A DNA stretch of 64,000 bases from a virus. The stretch spans positions 1-64,000 of the IMG/VR virus record IMGVR_UViG_3300008262_002626; one strand, given 5' to 3'. A model generated the notes under the pieces. The model did not search any database. It was not told where the DNA came from and saw only the letters and a list, made by a program, of their open reading frames with translations. Positions 9,225 through 18,765 of the stretch are shown piece by piece (position 1 is the first letter of the stretch; every line of letters starts with the position of its first letter). The translations under genes were made by a program, and so were the position numbers.

Positions 9225-10330
9225 TTTTGTATTAAGGTAATAATAGTATTACCTCCCTGATTAACACGATTTTTAAATTCTAAACTACCCTGTTGTTGAT
9301 AGATTGTTGAGTTTTGTGTTAATGGAGTGGTTACGCATTGTACATCTGCACCATTATCTCTACACAAAGTTATGTTAGGGTCCTCTTTAACAACAACTAT
9401 ACCGGACGATTTTTTATAGTCCGGTAATACCGGATCAACTGGTTCTAGAAATTTTTCATCTAGTGCATTTCCTATTATGTCAAATAGGCTAGCAAGGAAC
9501 GCACTATCTAAAAAGTTTTGTTGTAATTTATTTTCATAGAAAGTATTGGCCTGCATGTCTAAGAAATTCTCAAGGCCTTTTTCTTTTAAAAAATCAAAAT
9601 CTAACGGATTAAACATCTTTTGTTGTTCTTGTACAGCACGTTTGATCTCTGCCGGAGGACTAACAATCAACAGATTACTGATAGCCATCTCACTTAGATT
9701 TAAAACTTTAGGTGGTGTAGGTGGGTGACTTCTACTAGTTACTTTAGTGACTTGGAACGGCTGATTTAATATTACTGTACCCATTTCGTTACTGACTTCA
9801 ATTGTTCCAGTTTTACAACTGGCTTCTATATCTTTCACTGTACGAGTCGGGCGATCATTTGGACAACTTGGCAATAAAACAATAGTACTAGCACCAAGTT
9901 CGTCAACTGTAGCTGTAAAGTCTGTACCTCGAACTGCTACTGTAGCAGTGGGCGTATTAAGGGCAACATTCTGTGGACTGTTTTTGGCTATTTGTCCGCT
10001 GGCATAACGAACAGTACCGAGTGCAATTTTAGCACCTAGCTTTCCACTTTTACTCTTGGGGTCATACACAAAATCGTCAATTACAAGTTTACTATTTTCG
10101 TTTACCTGTACTTTTGTATCATCTTCAAAGGTTATTCCGACTTTTCCCTGTAGAGTCTTGATAGCATCGTTCATCTCTACGCCAGTCCCTTTGGATCCCG
10201 TTAGTGTCGAATTCTGCCTGGTTATACTGGGAGGAGTATTTACTAGTTCCGTTACCTTTCCTATCGCGGCGTCGGCTTTCCACGATATACTCAGCAACGG
10301 AACGCATAGTATTACCATCCATAGTTTCAT
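9221..10330 (-). CDS. Periplasmic FecR-domain protein
   Basis: Signal peptide; IKTLQGKVGITFEDDTKVQVNENSKLVID and TPTATVAVRGTDF FecR signatures. Confidence 0.85.
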   Translation of the reverse strand: MKLWMVILCVPLLSISWKADAAIGKVTELVNTPPSITRQNSTLTGSKGTGVEMNDAIKTLQGKVGITFEDDTKVQVNENSKLVIDDFVYDPKSKSGKLGAKIALGTVRYASGQIAKNSPQNVALNTPTATVAVRGTDFTATVDELGASTIVLLPSCPNDRPTRTVKDIEASCKTGTIEVSNEMGTVILNQPFQVTKVTSRSHPPTPPKVLNLSEMAISNLLIVSPPAEIKRAVQEQQKMFNPLDFDFLKEKGLENFLDMQANTFYENKLQQNFLDSAFLASLFDIIGNALDEKFLEPVDPVLPDYKKSSGIVVVKEDPNITLCRDNGADVQCVTTPLTQNSTIYQQQGSLEFKNRVNQGGNTIITLIQK

Positions 10331-10339
10331 GCAACCCTC

Positions 10340-11314
10340 TTAGTTTTTCTGTAAAATTGTATATGTATTTCCTGATCCACTAATTGCAAGATTTGTTAAA
10401 TTACTAACAGTACCTTGCTGTGTTACACCGATAGTATTTGAACTTCCAGTTACTGCCATAGTTGTATGATGCCCTGTACCAGCACCACCTGTTTGTGATA
10501 GTGTGATACCGTTACTACTGCCGGTTACTGTTATACTAGCATAATGATCAAACAATCCAGTCTGTGTTACATCTGTAGTGTTGCCTGACCCGTTAACATT
10601 AACTATTACTTGTGCGCCGGTAGAACCGTATGCGCTCTGTGTTATGTTAGTAGTATTTGTTGCGCCAGTTGTAGTTACACTAACTTGACCCTTATTGCCA
10701 GTCATGTTAAGTGTTGTTGAATTGCCGCCACCTAGTGTATTGCTTACTGTTGCTACAGTTTCGTCTGCATTGATAGTTCCTGTGAAGCTATTGTTTGCGC
10801 CGCCTGACTGTGTAACTGATAGATTGTTACTTGTGCCTGTCATGTTTAATGTAGTAGTTGCTCCACCACCTGCTTGTGTAATACCTACTACATTTCCGCT
10901 TGCTGTGCCCAAGCCGTTGTTATTAATATTGATATAACCTGTATTTCCGCCGCCACTAACTACATAGTTTAAGTTAACACCGACATTAGCATAGCCAGAA
11001 ACTGTTCCGCCTTGTGTACTATTAACACCTAAAGATAATACGTTTGTCGCACCAGTTTGCTCAATATTGATTGTCTGTGCGTTTCCTGTTAACTTTGCTG
11101 GATCTGTAGTGCCGCCAGCATTACCGTTTGTTAAAATACCTTTTACTTTGTTTCCAGATCCGTCCTGTGTCATAGTAATAGTACTGTTATCACCCGACTG
11201 TTCTATGTAAATGCTGTTGTCAGCCGCGTGACCCAGTGTTGCCATTGCAGACAACACCAGAATAGTGAGTACTTTTCTCGACAACCCACCAGCGCCTGTT
11301 CTACTTGTTTCCAT
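10340..11314 (-). CDS. Curlin-like (CsgA/CsgB-type) amyloid repeat protein
   Basis: Signal peptide then NSIYIEQSGDNS, TQDGSGN, EQTGATN, TQSGGANN, TQQGTVSN repeats; adjacent to csgG. Confidence 0.8.
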   Translation of the reverse strand: METSRTGAGGLSRKVLTILVLSAMATLGHAADNSIYIEQSGDNSTITMTQDGSGNKVKGILTNGNAGGTTDPAKLTGNAQTINIEQTGATNVLSLGVNSTQGGTVSGYANVGVNLNYVVSGGGNTGYININNNGLGTASGNVVGITQAGGGATTTLNMTGTSNNLSVTQSGGANNSFTGTINADETVATVSNTLGGGNSTTLNMTGNKGQVSVTTTGATNTTNITQSAYGSTGAQVIVNVNGSGNTTDVTQTGLFDHYASITVTGSSNGITLSQTGGAGTGHHTTMAVTGSSNTIGVTQQGTVSNLTNLAISGSGNTYTILQKN

Positions 11315-11360
11315 TTTTTTCTGCTCCTTGGTACTTTATTATTTTTATAAGTGTACCATA

Positions 11361-12575
11361 TTATTTTACTGCGTCTTTCGCTATCCACCCTTTCTTGCCG
11401 TTCTCTAATTCAATGTATAAAAGAACACCTTCTTCTTTTACTACTTTTACTACTTGACCGGATTCAAGAACGGCAATAATTGTTGAACCCGATTTACTAC
11501 TTTCTCTTACGTTACTCTTACCCTTTGAAGTTACTGTTTTTTCTTTTGTATCTTCGACGGGCTTGTTCTCAACTTTGTTTCCTTCAGGGCCTTTTCCGTC
11601 ATTGGACTGCTGTAGTGCGGTTGCAGGCCCGGAGGTTCCTTGGGATGGCGTAACGGTTTGTGATTGAACCAACTCATCTCGTTTCTCCTCAGGTTTTTTG
11701 ATTTCTGATGAAATCACAGGTTGCTTAGATTCTTCTTTTGCCGGAACAGCTGGTGGCAATGGTGCTTGTGCTTCTTGTTGAAGTTTAAAACCCCAGATAC
11801 CTTTACGCTGTCCTTCTTTGATTAATTCAACAACTGCCATTTCTGTAGCAGCCTTAACTGCGTATGTTCCTGGCTCATTGATATTCATACCTGCTTCTGC
11901 TTCAAAAGCCTTTGTTCCAGCATCATAAAATTTTAATGCTGTTACACTATCTGCAGAACTTAAAATAGTTTTTTGTACTGTAACGCTGGCCAACACTTTG
12001 CCGGTATTTACGCTAACTGCTCGTAAACTGACAGTAACTGTGTCTGTACTCCACTGTGTTTGTTTTCCGATACCGAAAATTCGTTGTCCGATACCGCCGC
12101 TGGTCGTGCTTTGATCGTAACCAACTATGCCACCTTCAAGAATGATGCCTGCAAACTGCATCGGTAATAAAGGTCTAGCATCTTTACCCTCATATGCTTC
12201 TCTCATCTGGCGAATAATTAATCGCTCTTTAGTTAAATTATCAATACCAACACGTTCGACAACTTCAAACCATTCTCCACGTCCAACATTTTGTAGAGCT
12301 TGGATTAAGAATGTTTCTGCACCTTGCGTAACTGCGGTTGATAGGCTAGCGATATTACTCTGTGGTCTACGTTGACCTGTTTTATCTGTAAAACTGTAAA
12401 CTGCTACACTTAATGGTTTTCCGGCTTGTGGTCCGGGAATAGTGTCAAACTCTTTCTTGACTCCTTTCATTTGTGTAGTGACTTCAGGTTCTCTATCCAA
12501 TACTCCGGTTGCCTGCATCATAGCACAACCAGAAAGCATACTCAATACTGCTAGGGATAATATCGTTTTTTTCAT
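11361..12575 (-). CDS. csgG: Curli secretion channel lipoprotein CsgG with C-terminal linker and SH3b-like domain
   Basis: Lipobox LSGC; VAVYSFTDKTGQRR, STAVTQGA, FEVVERVGIDNLTKERLIIR, EGGIVGYD; C-terminal NVRE...G..V.V......YIEL.NGKKGWI. Confidence 0.92.
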   Translation of the reverse strand: MKKTILSLAVLSMLSGCAMMQATGVLDREPEVTTQMKGVKKEFDTIPGPQAGKPLSVAVYSFTDKTGQRRPQSNIASLSTAVTQGAETFLIQALQNVGRGEWFEVVERVGIDNLTKERLIIRQMREAYEGKDARPLLPMQFAGIILEGGIVGYDQSTTSGGIGQRIFGIGKQTQWSTDTVTVSLRAVSVNTGKVLASVTVQKTILSSADSVTALKFYDAGTKAFEAEAGMNINEPGTYAVKAATEMAVVELIKEGQRKGIWGFKLQQEAQAPLPPAVPAKEESKQPVISSEIKKPEEKRDELVQSQTVTPSQGTSGPATALQQSNDGKGPEGNKVENKPVEDTKEKTVTSKGKSNVRESSKSGSTIIAVLESGQVVKVVKEEGVLLYIELENGKKGWIAKDAVK

Positions 12576-12578
12576 GAT

Positions 12579-13124
12579 TTAGTTCCCTGGCATTTGGAAT
12601 GACTGTAATGGCACATAGACACAACTCATTCCAGTGTCTGTACATGCGGCCGTACTTGGATTAGTAGCAGTAGGATCTGCAATTTTCATCATTATGCAAT
12701 ATCCGTACGCAGTGGAACAGTTTGCATCATCTGCACTACTAACTCTATTCCAACTAATGAAGTTTCCTTGGAAGTCAATACTTCCAGTGCAATTTGTGTT
12801 TGTACTTGCGGTACAATTATTATTAGCAAACATAGCAGTTGCTACGTTTTGGCTAATCTGTGCATAGATACGTGATTCTAAATTACTGACAAATTTAGCT
12901 AAGTTTGTATTTTTCTTATCGGCGGCTGCTTTGTCGATTTCTGCTTGTAATTTGTCTGCACGTTCTTTTTGTCGTGTTCTTTCTTGATTTTCAATCGTTA
13001 ATACGTGACTACTATAACCAACACCATTGAAGGAAGGACTCTTAAACTGAAAGTCACCCAATGGAGCGGCTACTGCCACAACTGGCAATATGAATAACGC
13101 TATTATTTTTGGTAGTTTGGACAT
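12579..13124 (-). CDS. csgF: Curli assembly component CsgF-like
   Basis: Signal peptide; FQFKSPSFNG, LTIENQE, FVSNLESRIYAQIS; immediately upstream of csgG. Confidence 0.8.
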   Translation of the reverse strand: MSKLPKIIALFILPVVAVAAPLGDFQFKSPSFNGVGYSSHVLTIENQERTRQKERADKLQAEIDKAAADKKNTNLAKFVSNLESRIYAQISQNVATAMFANNNCTASTNTNCTGSIDFQGNFISWNRVSSADDANCSTAYGYCIMMKIADPTATNPSTAACTDTGMSCVYVPLQSFQMPGN

Positions 13125-13150
13125 TGGTTCGCTCCCGGTATCCTGTATTA

Positions 13151-13156
13151 TATTTA
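13151..13156 (-). promoter_or_regulatory. T4-late-like TAAATA promoter box heading the curli operon
   Basis: TAAATA 26 nt upstream of csgF; the same box precedes many genes in the window. Confidence 0.6.
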
Positions 13157-13187
13157 CTACCGGGGAGGAACTTATTAAGCGACAATA

Positions 13188-14705
13188 TTATGTTGCTATA
13201 CCTGCATTCTTTTTTACTGTATCAAGTTCGTCTGGTTCTGCAGGTTCTTGTGGAATAATTTGTGGTTGATCTTGTTGTGGTTGAACTGCTGTAGGTGTTG
13301 TATTGCTAGGTGGTAAACTTGGAGTAAGTTTAGTCTTGGCCTGCATAACTGTTAATTCTGATAATAACGGTTCCATAGTAATGGAATTCCAAATCTTTTT
13401 ATTATCACCAGTAGCATGATATCCCATCTTAACTAAACTTTTACCTGAGTTTTTATCGAAGATGTTTATTTCAGGTCTTGGCTCTCCGTTGTTACTTACA
13501 CCTTCTCTATAGGAAACAGTTAGGTCAATATTACCTGCAACTAATTTTTGCATTAGACCCTTAAAATTGTGTACTGTACTGATGCCTTTTTTTCCTAGTT
13601 GCACAAGACGAACTGTGTCATCACCTTTTGTAGCATGATGTACAATTACTGATGCTATTCGAGATATAACTCCAGCTTCGTCTCTAGCGTCAAATCCTGC
13701 TAATTGTTCTTTTAGTTGACGAGTTGCTTCTTTATAGGCCTTAGTCCAAAAGGCTACTTTAGTGGTTGGAGTCCTTTTTGGTGTATCGATAGTAACACCA
13801 AGAGGTCCGAAAAAGTTTACAGTACTTTGCCATATCCCCTTACTGCTTTTAACATCAGATGTTATTGATCCTGCGCCTTGTTGTCCAAATTGACTACTAC
13901 CTGCTTTTAAACTAATCTTGAGATTTTTCAAAGGTCTAACTTCACCGTTGGCTGTTCTCACAAACGCTTCGATGTCTGTCTTTTTGCCTTTTTGATCACT
14001 CATTCCGTCGCTTTGGACCCAGATAGCATCAACCTTTCCATTCTTATAAAAGTAGTCTGCGTATTTGTCTATCTGTCCGCTATTAGCATAATGAACAGCA
14101 CTAGGTAACAAGGGACTATATGTTTCCCAGAAACTAGGAGACTGCATAAACACTTTTGTAGGTTCACGGACTGCTACTGTAAATTTAATAATGTCAGCAA
14201 TTTTACTATTCTTATCAGCTACTGTATATGTACTATTTCCTTGGCTGATTGCTTTATTAAGACAATCAATCACGTCTTTATCTGTAATGTCTTCTATACT
14301 ATTGCTACCGCGCTTGATTAGTTTAGCCACGACAGCCGCACTTAAAACAGGCTCTGAGAGATCTCCTACATTCCCTTCTGTACTGCCTTTTTGTCCTGGG
14401 GCATGTACTAGACCGCTTTGTATGCTATTATCGGTTCCAACAATATCTATGTATGTTTTATTTGGACGTTTGAAACTTCTAACAACGCTGCCAGTCCCAA
14501 ATTGTATTTTAGGAGTTCTTGCAGGAGAACTTTTAATCCATTCTAAATCTTCGCTGGGATCAAAATCAGGTACTATCTTTTTAATAGCAGTTAATAGGGA
14601 CTTGCCCTTCGCTGACGATGCTCCTACACGAACTTTGTGTCCGTAGGAATACTTGTCTTTTCTGGTAAAAATGCTGGCTTCGCCGATAATTTCAAAGGTC
14701 TTCAT
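13188..14705 (-). CDS. Late protein with capsid-targeting-like N-terminus; possible PD-(D/E)XK-type nuclease
   Basis: Start MKTFEIIGE 5 nt after TAAATA; KTDI...KISLK motif. Confidence 0.55.
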   Translation of the reverse strand: MKTFEIIGEASIFTRKDKYSYGHKVRVGASSAKGKSLLTAIKKIVPDFDPSEDLEWIKSSPARTPKIQFGTGSVVRSFKRPNKTYIDIVGTDNSIQSGLVHAPGQKGSTEGNVGDLSEPVLSAAVVAKLIKRGSNSIEDITDKDVIDCLNKAISQGNSTYTVADKNSKIADIIKFTVAVREPTKVFMQSPSFWETYSPLLPSAVHYANSGQIDKYADYFYKNGKVDAIWVQSDGMSDQKGKKTDIEAFVRTANGEVRPLKNLKISLKAGSSQFGQQGAGSITSDVKSSKGIWQSTVNFFGPLGVTIDTPKRTPTTKVAFWTKAYKEATRQLKEQLAGFDARDEAGVISRIASVIVHHATKGDDTVRLVQLGKKGISTVHNFKGLMQKLVAGNIDLTVSYREGVSNNGEPRPEINIFDKNSGKSLVKMGYHATGDNKKIWNSITMEPLLSELTVMQAKTKLTPSLPPSNTTPTAVQPQQDQPQIIPQEPAEPDELDTVKKNAGIAT

Positions 14706-14713
14706 ACGAATAT

Positions 14714-15412
14714 TTATCGTATTTCTGGGAACAGACAATCCTGGATAAAAACACGTACATCTTCCTCGTCTAAACCTAAACTTGTCATAACACGGGGTGT
14801 ATGGGGGTTTTGTTTTTGATTTTGTGCGTAATAGTTCTGTTCAAAAGTAGTGTCTGCAACCATATTATTAGTTTGACCCACAGTTTCTAGGTAGTGTTCA
14901 ATACCCTTTTCAGCCATAGCAAATATCTGATCTAGTTCTGTTTCATCTTGCACATTGCCTGCGGCAACCATGCTAGGACTAAAAATACGTTTTGCCCAAT
15001 CAGGAAGCTCACGTTCTCTGCGCCATTCTAGTTTCGATGCTTCATTAGCGAACCAATCACACATAGGATGTTCTTTATCAGAGGTAGGACTATAATCGTA
15101 AAAACAGCCAGTGATCTTACGAGCACCGGCAATAACATCAAAACCAAATATAGGAGCAGGATTGTGTATATGTGGGAAGATGCAACAGTGCATCATCCAC
15201 AGTCCTTTTGTTTCTCGGGCATCTACTACATCAACGTGGGCTCTTCGATAATTACCTGATGACCATACACGATTAACCCATCCTGGTTGATTAAATCGAT
15301 TCATTCCAGGTTCGAATACTTCTATTCCAGTATCGTTAAATGATTTTTCTAAGAGATGCTGGATACTGATCAATGTATCCCAAACTTTACTCTGCTGGTT
15401 GTTCAACATCAA
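14714..15412 (-). CDS. Ferredoxin-dependent bilin reductase (PcyX/PcyA family)
   Basis: RRAHVDVVD, MMHCCIFP, PIFGFDVIAG, LPDWAKRIFS, QKQNPHT; next to heme oxygenase. Confidence 0.85.
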   Translation of the reverse strand: MMLNNQQSKVWDTLISIQHLLEKSFNDTGIEVFEPGMNRFNQPGWVNRVWSSGNYRRAHVDVVDARETKGLWMMHCCIFPHIHNPAPIFGFDVIAGARKITGCFYDYSPTSDKEHPMCDWFANEASKLEWRRERELPDWAKRIFSPSMVAAGNVQDETELDQIFAMAEKGIEHYLETVGQTNNMVADTTFEQNYYAQNQKQNPHTPRVMTSLGLDEEDVRVFIQDCLFPEIR

Positions 15413-15947
15413 CGATTTCCATCATCTGTTCGAAGGTCTTAGCGGCAAAGTCAAAGCATACCTTTGCTTCTTCTGCTAGACTGTCATCAAGTTTGGTACG
15501 GATTATTTCTTTAATTTTTTCAGGTTCGTCGCCAAACTGATAATACTTACCTTGGCCCGGAACACGTTTAGCAATCATCTGTCCGCCGCTAAGGTCTCCC
15601 ATATGGCGAACATAGATATGAGCCATTAGTTTGTTAGGATCGTTTTTGATGCTTAGAATATACTTTAAGTATTCGTCAACTACGGGAAAGATTTTAGGTT
15701 GACCATAGTCTTCTTTCCATAGCTCTAGAAAATCTTCTAGGATAGCCGGTGCTCTACGAATCTCAGGAATATCTTGGAATAGACCGTGCGGCATAGCACA
15801 CACTTCTAACACTTCGTACATAAGATGTTGATTCTTGAGATATGTTGCGTAGATCTTAGGATCAACGTGTCCGGAAAATAAGACTTTAACAAAAGGCCTA
15901 GTTTCTGCTCTTCGATGTTGTTCCCAAGTTAGTTCTTTTAAACTCAT
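15387..15947 (-). CDS. Heme oxygenase (biliverdin-producing)
   Basis: LKELTWEQHRRAE (proximal His) and AHIYVRHMGDLSGGQMI. Confidence 0.92.
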   Translation of the reverse strand: MSLKELTWEQHRRAETRPFVKVLFSGHVDPKIYATYLKNQHLMYEVLEVCAMPHGLFQDIPEIRRAPAILEDFLELWKEDYGQPKIFPVVDEYLKYILSIKNDPNKLMAHIYVRHMGDLSGGQMIAKRVPGQGKYYQFGDEPEKIKEIIRTKLDDSLAEEAKVCFDFAAKTFEQMMEIVDVEQPAE

Positions 15948-16246
15948 TCTTCCTCCAACTTAATTTGTAAAGGAAACCCGTTACTTCTAGCTTGGTTAGT
16001 TGCTTCAACTGCTTTCGCTTCGGCAATCTCAAAACTGTAAACTCCGGCGATACCGCTACCTGTTTCGTGTACAGTTAGCATAATCTCTTGAGCACTATCT
16101 ATTGAGTGTCTAAATATTTCCATTAATATGGAAATAACAAACTCCATAGGAGTCGAGTCATCATTAAGAAGTATAACCTTCCAACGCTTAGGTTCGCTTA
16201 CAGTAACCTTAATCTTTTCATCTAGTTGGATATCTGTGCTAGGCAT
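15944..16246 (-). CDS. clpS: ATP-dependent Clp protease adaptor ClpS
   Basis: KVILLNDDSTPMEFV, VHETGSGIAG, FPLQIKLE. Confidence 0.93.
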   Translation of the reverse strand: MPSTDIQLDEKIKVTVSEPKRWKVILLNDDSTPMEFVISILMEIFRHSIDSAQEIMLTVHETGSGIAGVYSFEIAEAKAVEATNQARSNGFPLQIKLEEE

Positions 16247-16257
16247 GTCTTTCTCTT

Positions 16258-16292
16258 TTTTTTAAGTAATGGGGGAGTTTCCTCCCCCGGGT
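16258..16292 (-). terminator. Probable intrinsic terminator/hairpin after hsp20
   Basis: GGGGAG...CTCCCC stem-loop; weak U-tract. Confidence 0.4.
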
Positions 16293-16300
16293 TTCAAAAC

Positions 16301-16732
16301 TTATTTAATCTCGATAGTACGAGGCTTTAGTGCTTCTGGAATAATACGCTCTATTTGTATCTTGAGCATACCGTCCTTAACTTCTGCACCCTTAACTTCC
16401 ATATACTCTGCAAGAGTAAATGTTTGTTCAAAATCACGAGCCGCTAATCCACGATGCAAGTATTCTTTAGTTTCGTCTACATCGATAGACTTAGTGCCTG
16501 AGATCATTAGTTGATCTTGGTCAACTTCGACTGTAATTTCCTCTTTGGTAAATCCTGCAACAGCAACCTCAATGCCATATTCATTTTCAGTATACTTTAC
16601 AATGTTGTATGGGGGGTAGTTGCCGTTTGCGTGTGCATTGAAGAATCGATCATTGAAAATACGATCAAATCCAACAAGTGCTTTGTTTAATTGTGCTAGT
16701 GCTTGTGTGTCAATAGTTCTTAATTGTGTCAT
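16301..16732 (-). CDS. Small heat-shock protein Hsp20/IbpA family
   Basis: NYPPYNI, EVAVAGF, YLHRGLAARDF, GMLKI..ER. Confidence 0.95.
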   Translation of the reverse strand: MTQLRTIDTQALAQLNKALVGFDRIFNDRFFNAHANGNYPPYNIVKYTENEYGIEVAVAGFTKEEITVEVDQDQLMISGTKSIDVDETKEYLHRGLAARDFEQTFTLAEYMEVKGAEVKDGMLKIQIERIIPEALKPRTIEIK

Positions 16733-16792
16733 TTTATATCTCCTTTAATTAAGCAAGATTAGTGTAGGGCCCGACCATCGGCACCCTACATT
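16733..16792 (-). promoter_or_regulatory. ROSE-like RNA thermometer in the hsp20 5' UTR
   Basis: 5' hairpin TGTAGGG...CCCTACA followed by TCTTGCTT-aatta-AAGGAGA (U(U/C)GCU opposite the SD). Confidence 0.75.
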
Positions 16793-16807
16793 TTTATTAT
16801 AAGACTG

Positions 16808-18703
16808 TTAGTCTTTTTTATCAACCTCTTTGAACTCCGCATCTACGGTTTGTTCGCCTTGGGTTGTTTGGCTTTGAGCGGCAGACTCAGAGGCTTGCTT
16901 TTTGGCAAACACTGGACTAGCCGATTCAAATAGTTTTTGTACTGCGGTGTCGATCGCAGACTTATCTTCGCCTTTGATAGCATCCTCGACTGCTGTTTTT
17001 GCAGTTTCAAATAAAGACTTTTCTTCGTCTGACAATTGATCCTTGTAAGTATCAAAATCTTTGTTAATCGAATGAACAGCACCTTCTGCTTGGTTGCGAG
17101 CTTCAATAAGTTCCTTAGCCTTCTTATCAGCTTCGGCATTTTCTTCTGCCTCTCGAACCATACGTTGTATTTCTGCTTCTGAAAGTCCTGAATCCGATTT
17201 AATAGTAATTTTATTTTCTTTACCAGTCGACTTGTCCTTAGCACTGATGTTCATGATACCGTTCGCGTCAATGTCAAAAGTAACTTCGATCTGGGGCATG
17301 CCGCGTGGAGCAGGATTAATACCGTCTAATTTAAATTCGCCAAGTGTTTTATTGTATTTGAATAACTCACGTTCGCCTTGTGCTACTTTAATATCAACAG
17401 CTGGTTGATTATCTTCTGCTGTTGAGAATGTTTGACTGGCCTTAGTTGGGATTGTTGTGTTCTTTTGAATCAACTTAGTAAACACACCTCCCATTGTTTC
17501 GATGCCTAGAGATAATGGAGTAACGTCTAGCAATAGAACGTCTGTCTTATCTCCTCCCAACACCGCACCTTGGATGGCAGCACCGGCAGCAACGGCCTCG
17601 TCTGGATTGACGTCTTTACGTGGAGCCTTACTAAACAGTTTCTCAACTGCTTCCTGTACTTTAGGCATACGTGTTTGACCACCGACAAGGATAACTTCAT
17701 CAATGTCGCTTGCGCCTACACCCGCATCTTTTAGTGCTTGTTTACAAGGATCGATAGACCGCTGGATTAGATCTTCGACCATTGATTCAAACTTAGCACG
17801 GGTAATAGTAACATTCATGTGCTTAGGCCCAGATGAGTCGGCTGTAATATAAGGTAAATTTACTGCTGTTGATTGTGTGCTTGACAATTCAATCTTAGCT
17901 TTTTCTGCGGCATCTTTTAGACGCTGTAATGCCAACATGTCTGTCTTTAGATCAATACCATTTTCTTTCTTAAACACTTCAACAAGATGATCCATAATAC
18001 GTTGGTCAAAGTCTTCGCCGCCTAGGAATGTATCGCCATTAGTTGACAACACTTCGATTTGTTTATCGCCTTCGACGTTGGCAATTTCAATAATACTGAT
18101 GTCGAATGTACCGCCACCGAGGTCATATACAGCAACCTTGCGGTCTTTCTTATCTTGTTTATCAACACCGTAGGCTAGAGCAGCCGCAGTTGGTTCGTTG
18201 ATAATACGTAATACTTCCAAACCTGCAATCTTACCTGCATCTTTAGTTGCTTGTCTTTGACTGTCGTTAAAATATGCAGGAACTGTGATGACAGCTTTTG
18301 TGACTGCTGTACCAAGATAGTCTTCAGCAGTCTTTTTCATCTTGCGTAGAACTTCTGCGCTAACCTGTGGAGGTGCAAGTTCTTTATCTTGTGCCTTGAT
18401 CCAAGCATCACCGTTCTTTGCTTCTGTAATTTCATAAGGCATTAAATCAATATCCTTCTGAACTTCTTTTTCAGAAAACTTACGGCCAATTAAACGCTTG
18501 GCGGCATAGATTGTATTTTTTGGGTTTGTGACTGCTTGTCGTTTTGCTGTTGCACCTACTAAAATTTCTTCTGGTGTGTACGCAACAATTGATGGTGTTG
18601 TACGGGCGCCTTCTGAGTTTTCAATAACTTTAGCTACACCGTTTTCTAGGATGGCTACGCAACTATTTGTGGTGCCAAGGTCAATACCTATGATTTTGCT
18701 CAT
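16808..18703 (-). CDS. dnaK: Chaperone DnaK (Hsp70)
   Basis: [37 protein letters not shown]; start reassigned to MSKII after AGGAGA. Confidence 0.98.
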   Translation of the reverse strand: MSKIIGIDLGTTNSCVAILENGVAKVIENSEGARTTPSIVAYTPEEILVGATAKRQAVTNPKNTIYAAKRLIGRKFSEKEVQKDIDLMPYEITEAKNGDAWIKAQDKELAPPQVSAEVLRKMKKTAEDYLGTAVTKAVITVPAYFNDSQRQATKDAGKIAGLEVLRIINEPTAAALAYGVDKQDKKDRKVAVYDLGGGTFDISIIEIANVEGDKQIEVLSTNGDTFLGGEDFDQRIMDHLVEVFKKENGIDLKTDMLALQRLKDAAEKAKIELSSTQSTAVNLPYITADSSGPKHMNVTITRAKFESMVEDLIQRSIDPCKQALKDAGVGASDIDEVILVGGQTRMPKVQEAVEKLFSKAPRKDVNPDEAVAAGAAIQGAVLGGDKTDVLLLDVTPLSLGIETMGGVFTKLIQKNTTIPTKASQTFSTAEDNQPAVDIKVAQGERELFKYNKTLGEFKLDGINPAPRGMPQIEVTFDIDANGIMNISAKDKSTGKENKITIKSDSGLSEAEIQRMVREAEENAEADKKAKELIEARNQAEGAVHSINKDFDTYKDQLSDEEKSLFETAKTAVEDAIKGEDKSAIDTAVQKLFESASPVFAKKQASESAAQSQTTQGEQTVDAEFKEVDKKD

Positions 18704-18762
18704 ATCTGTTCTCCTTATGTTAAGCAAGAATATTGTAGAACCCTATTGGCGTCCTACAATAT
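18704..18762 (-). promoter_or_regulatory. ROSE-like RNA thermometer in the dnaK 5' UTR
   Basis: 5' hairpin ATTGTAG...CTACAAT followed by TCTTGCTT-aacat-AAGGAGA, the same architecture as at hsp20. Confidence 0.7.
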
Positions 18763-18765
18763 TAT

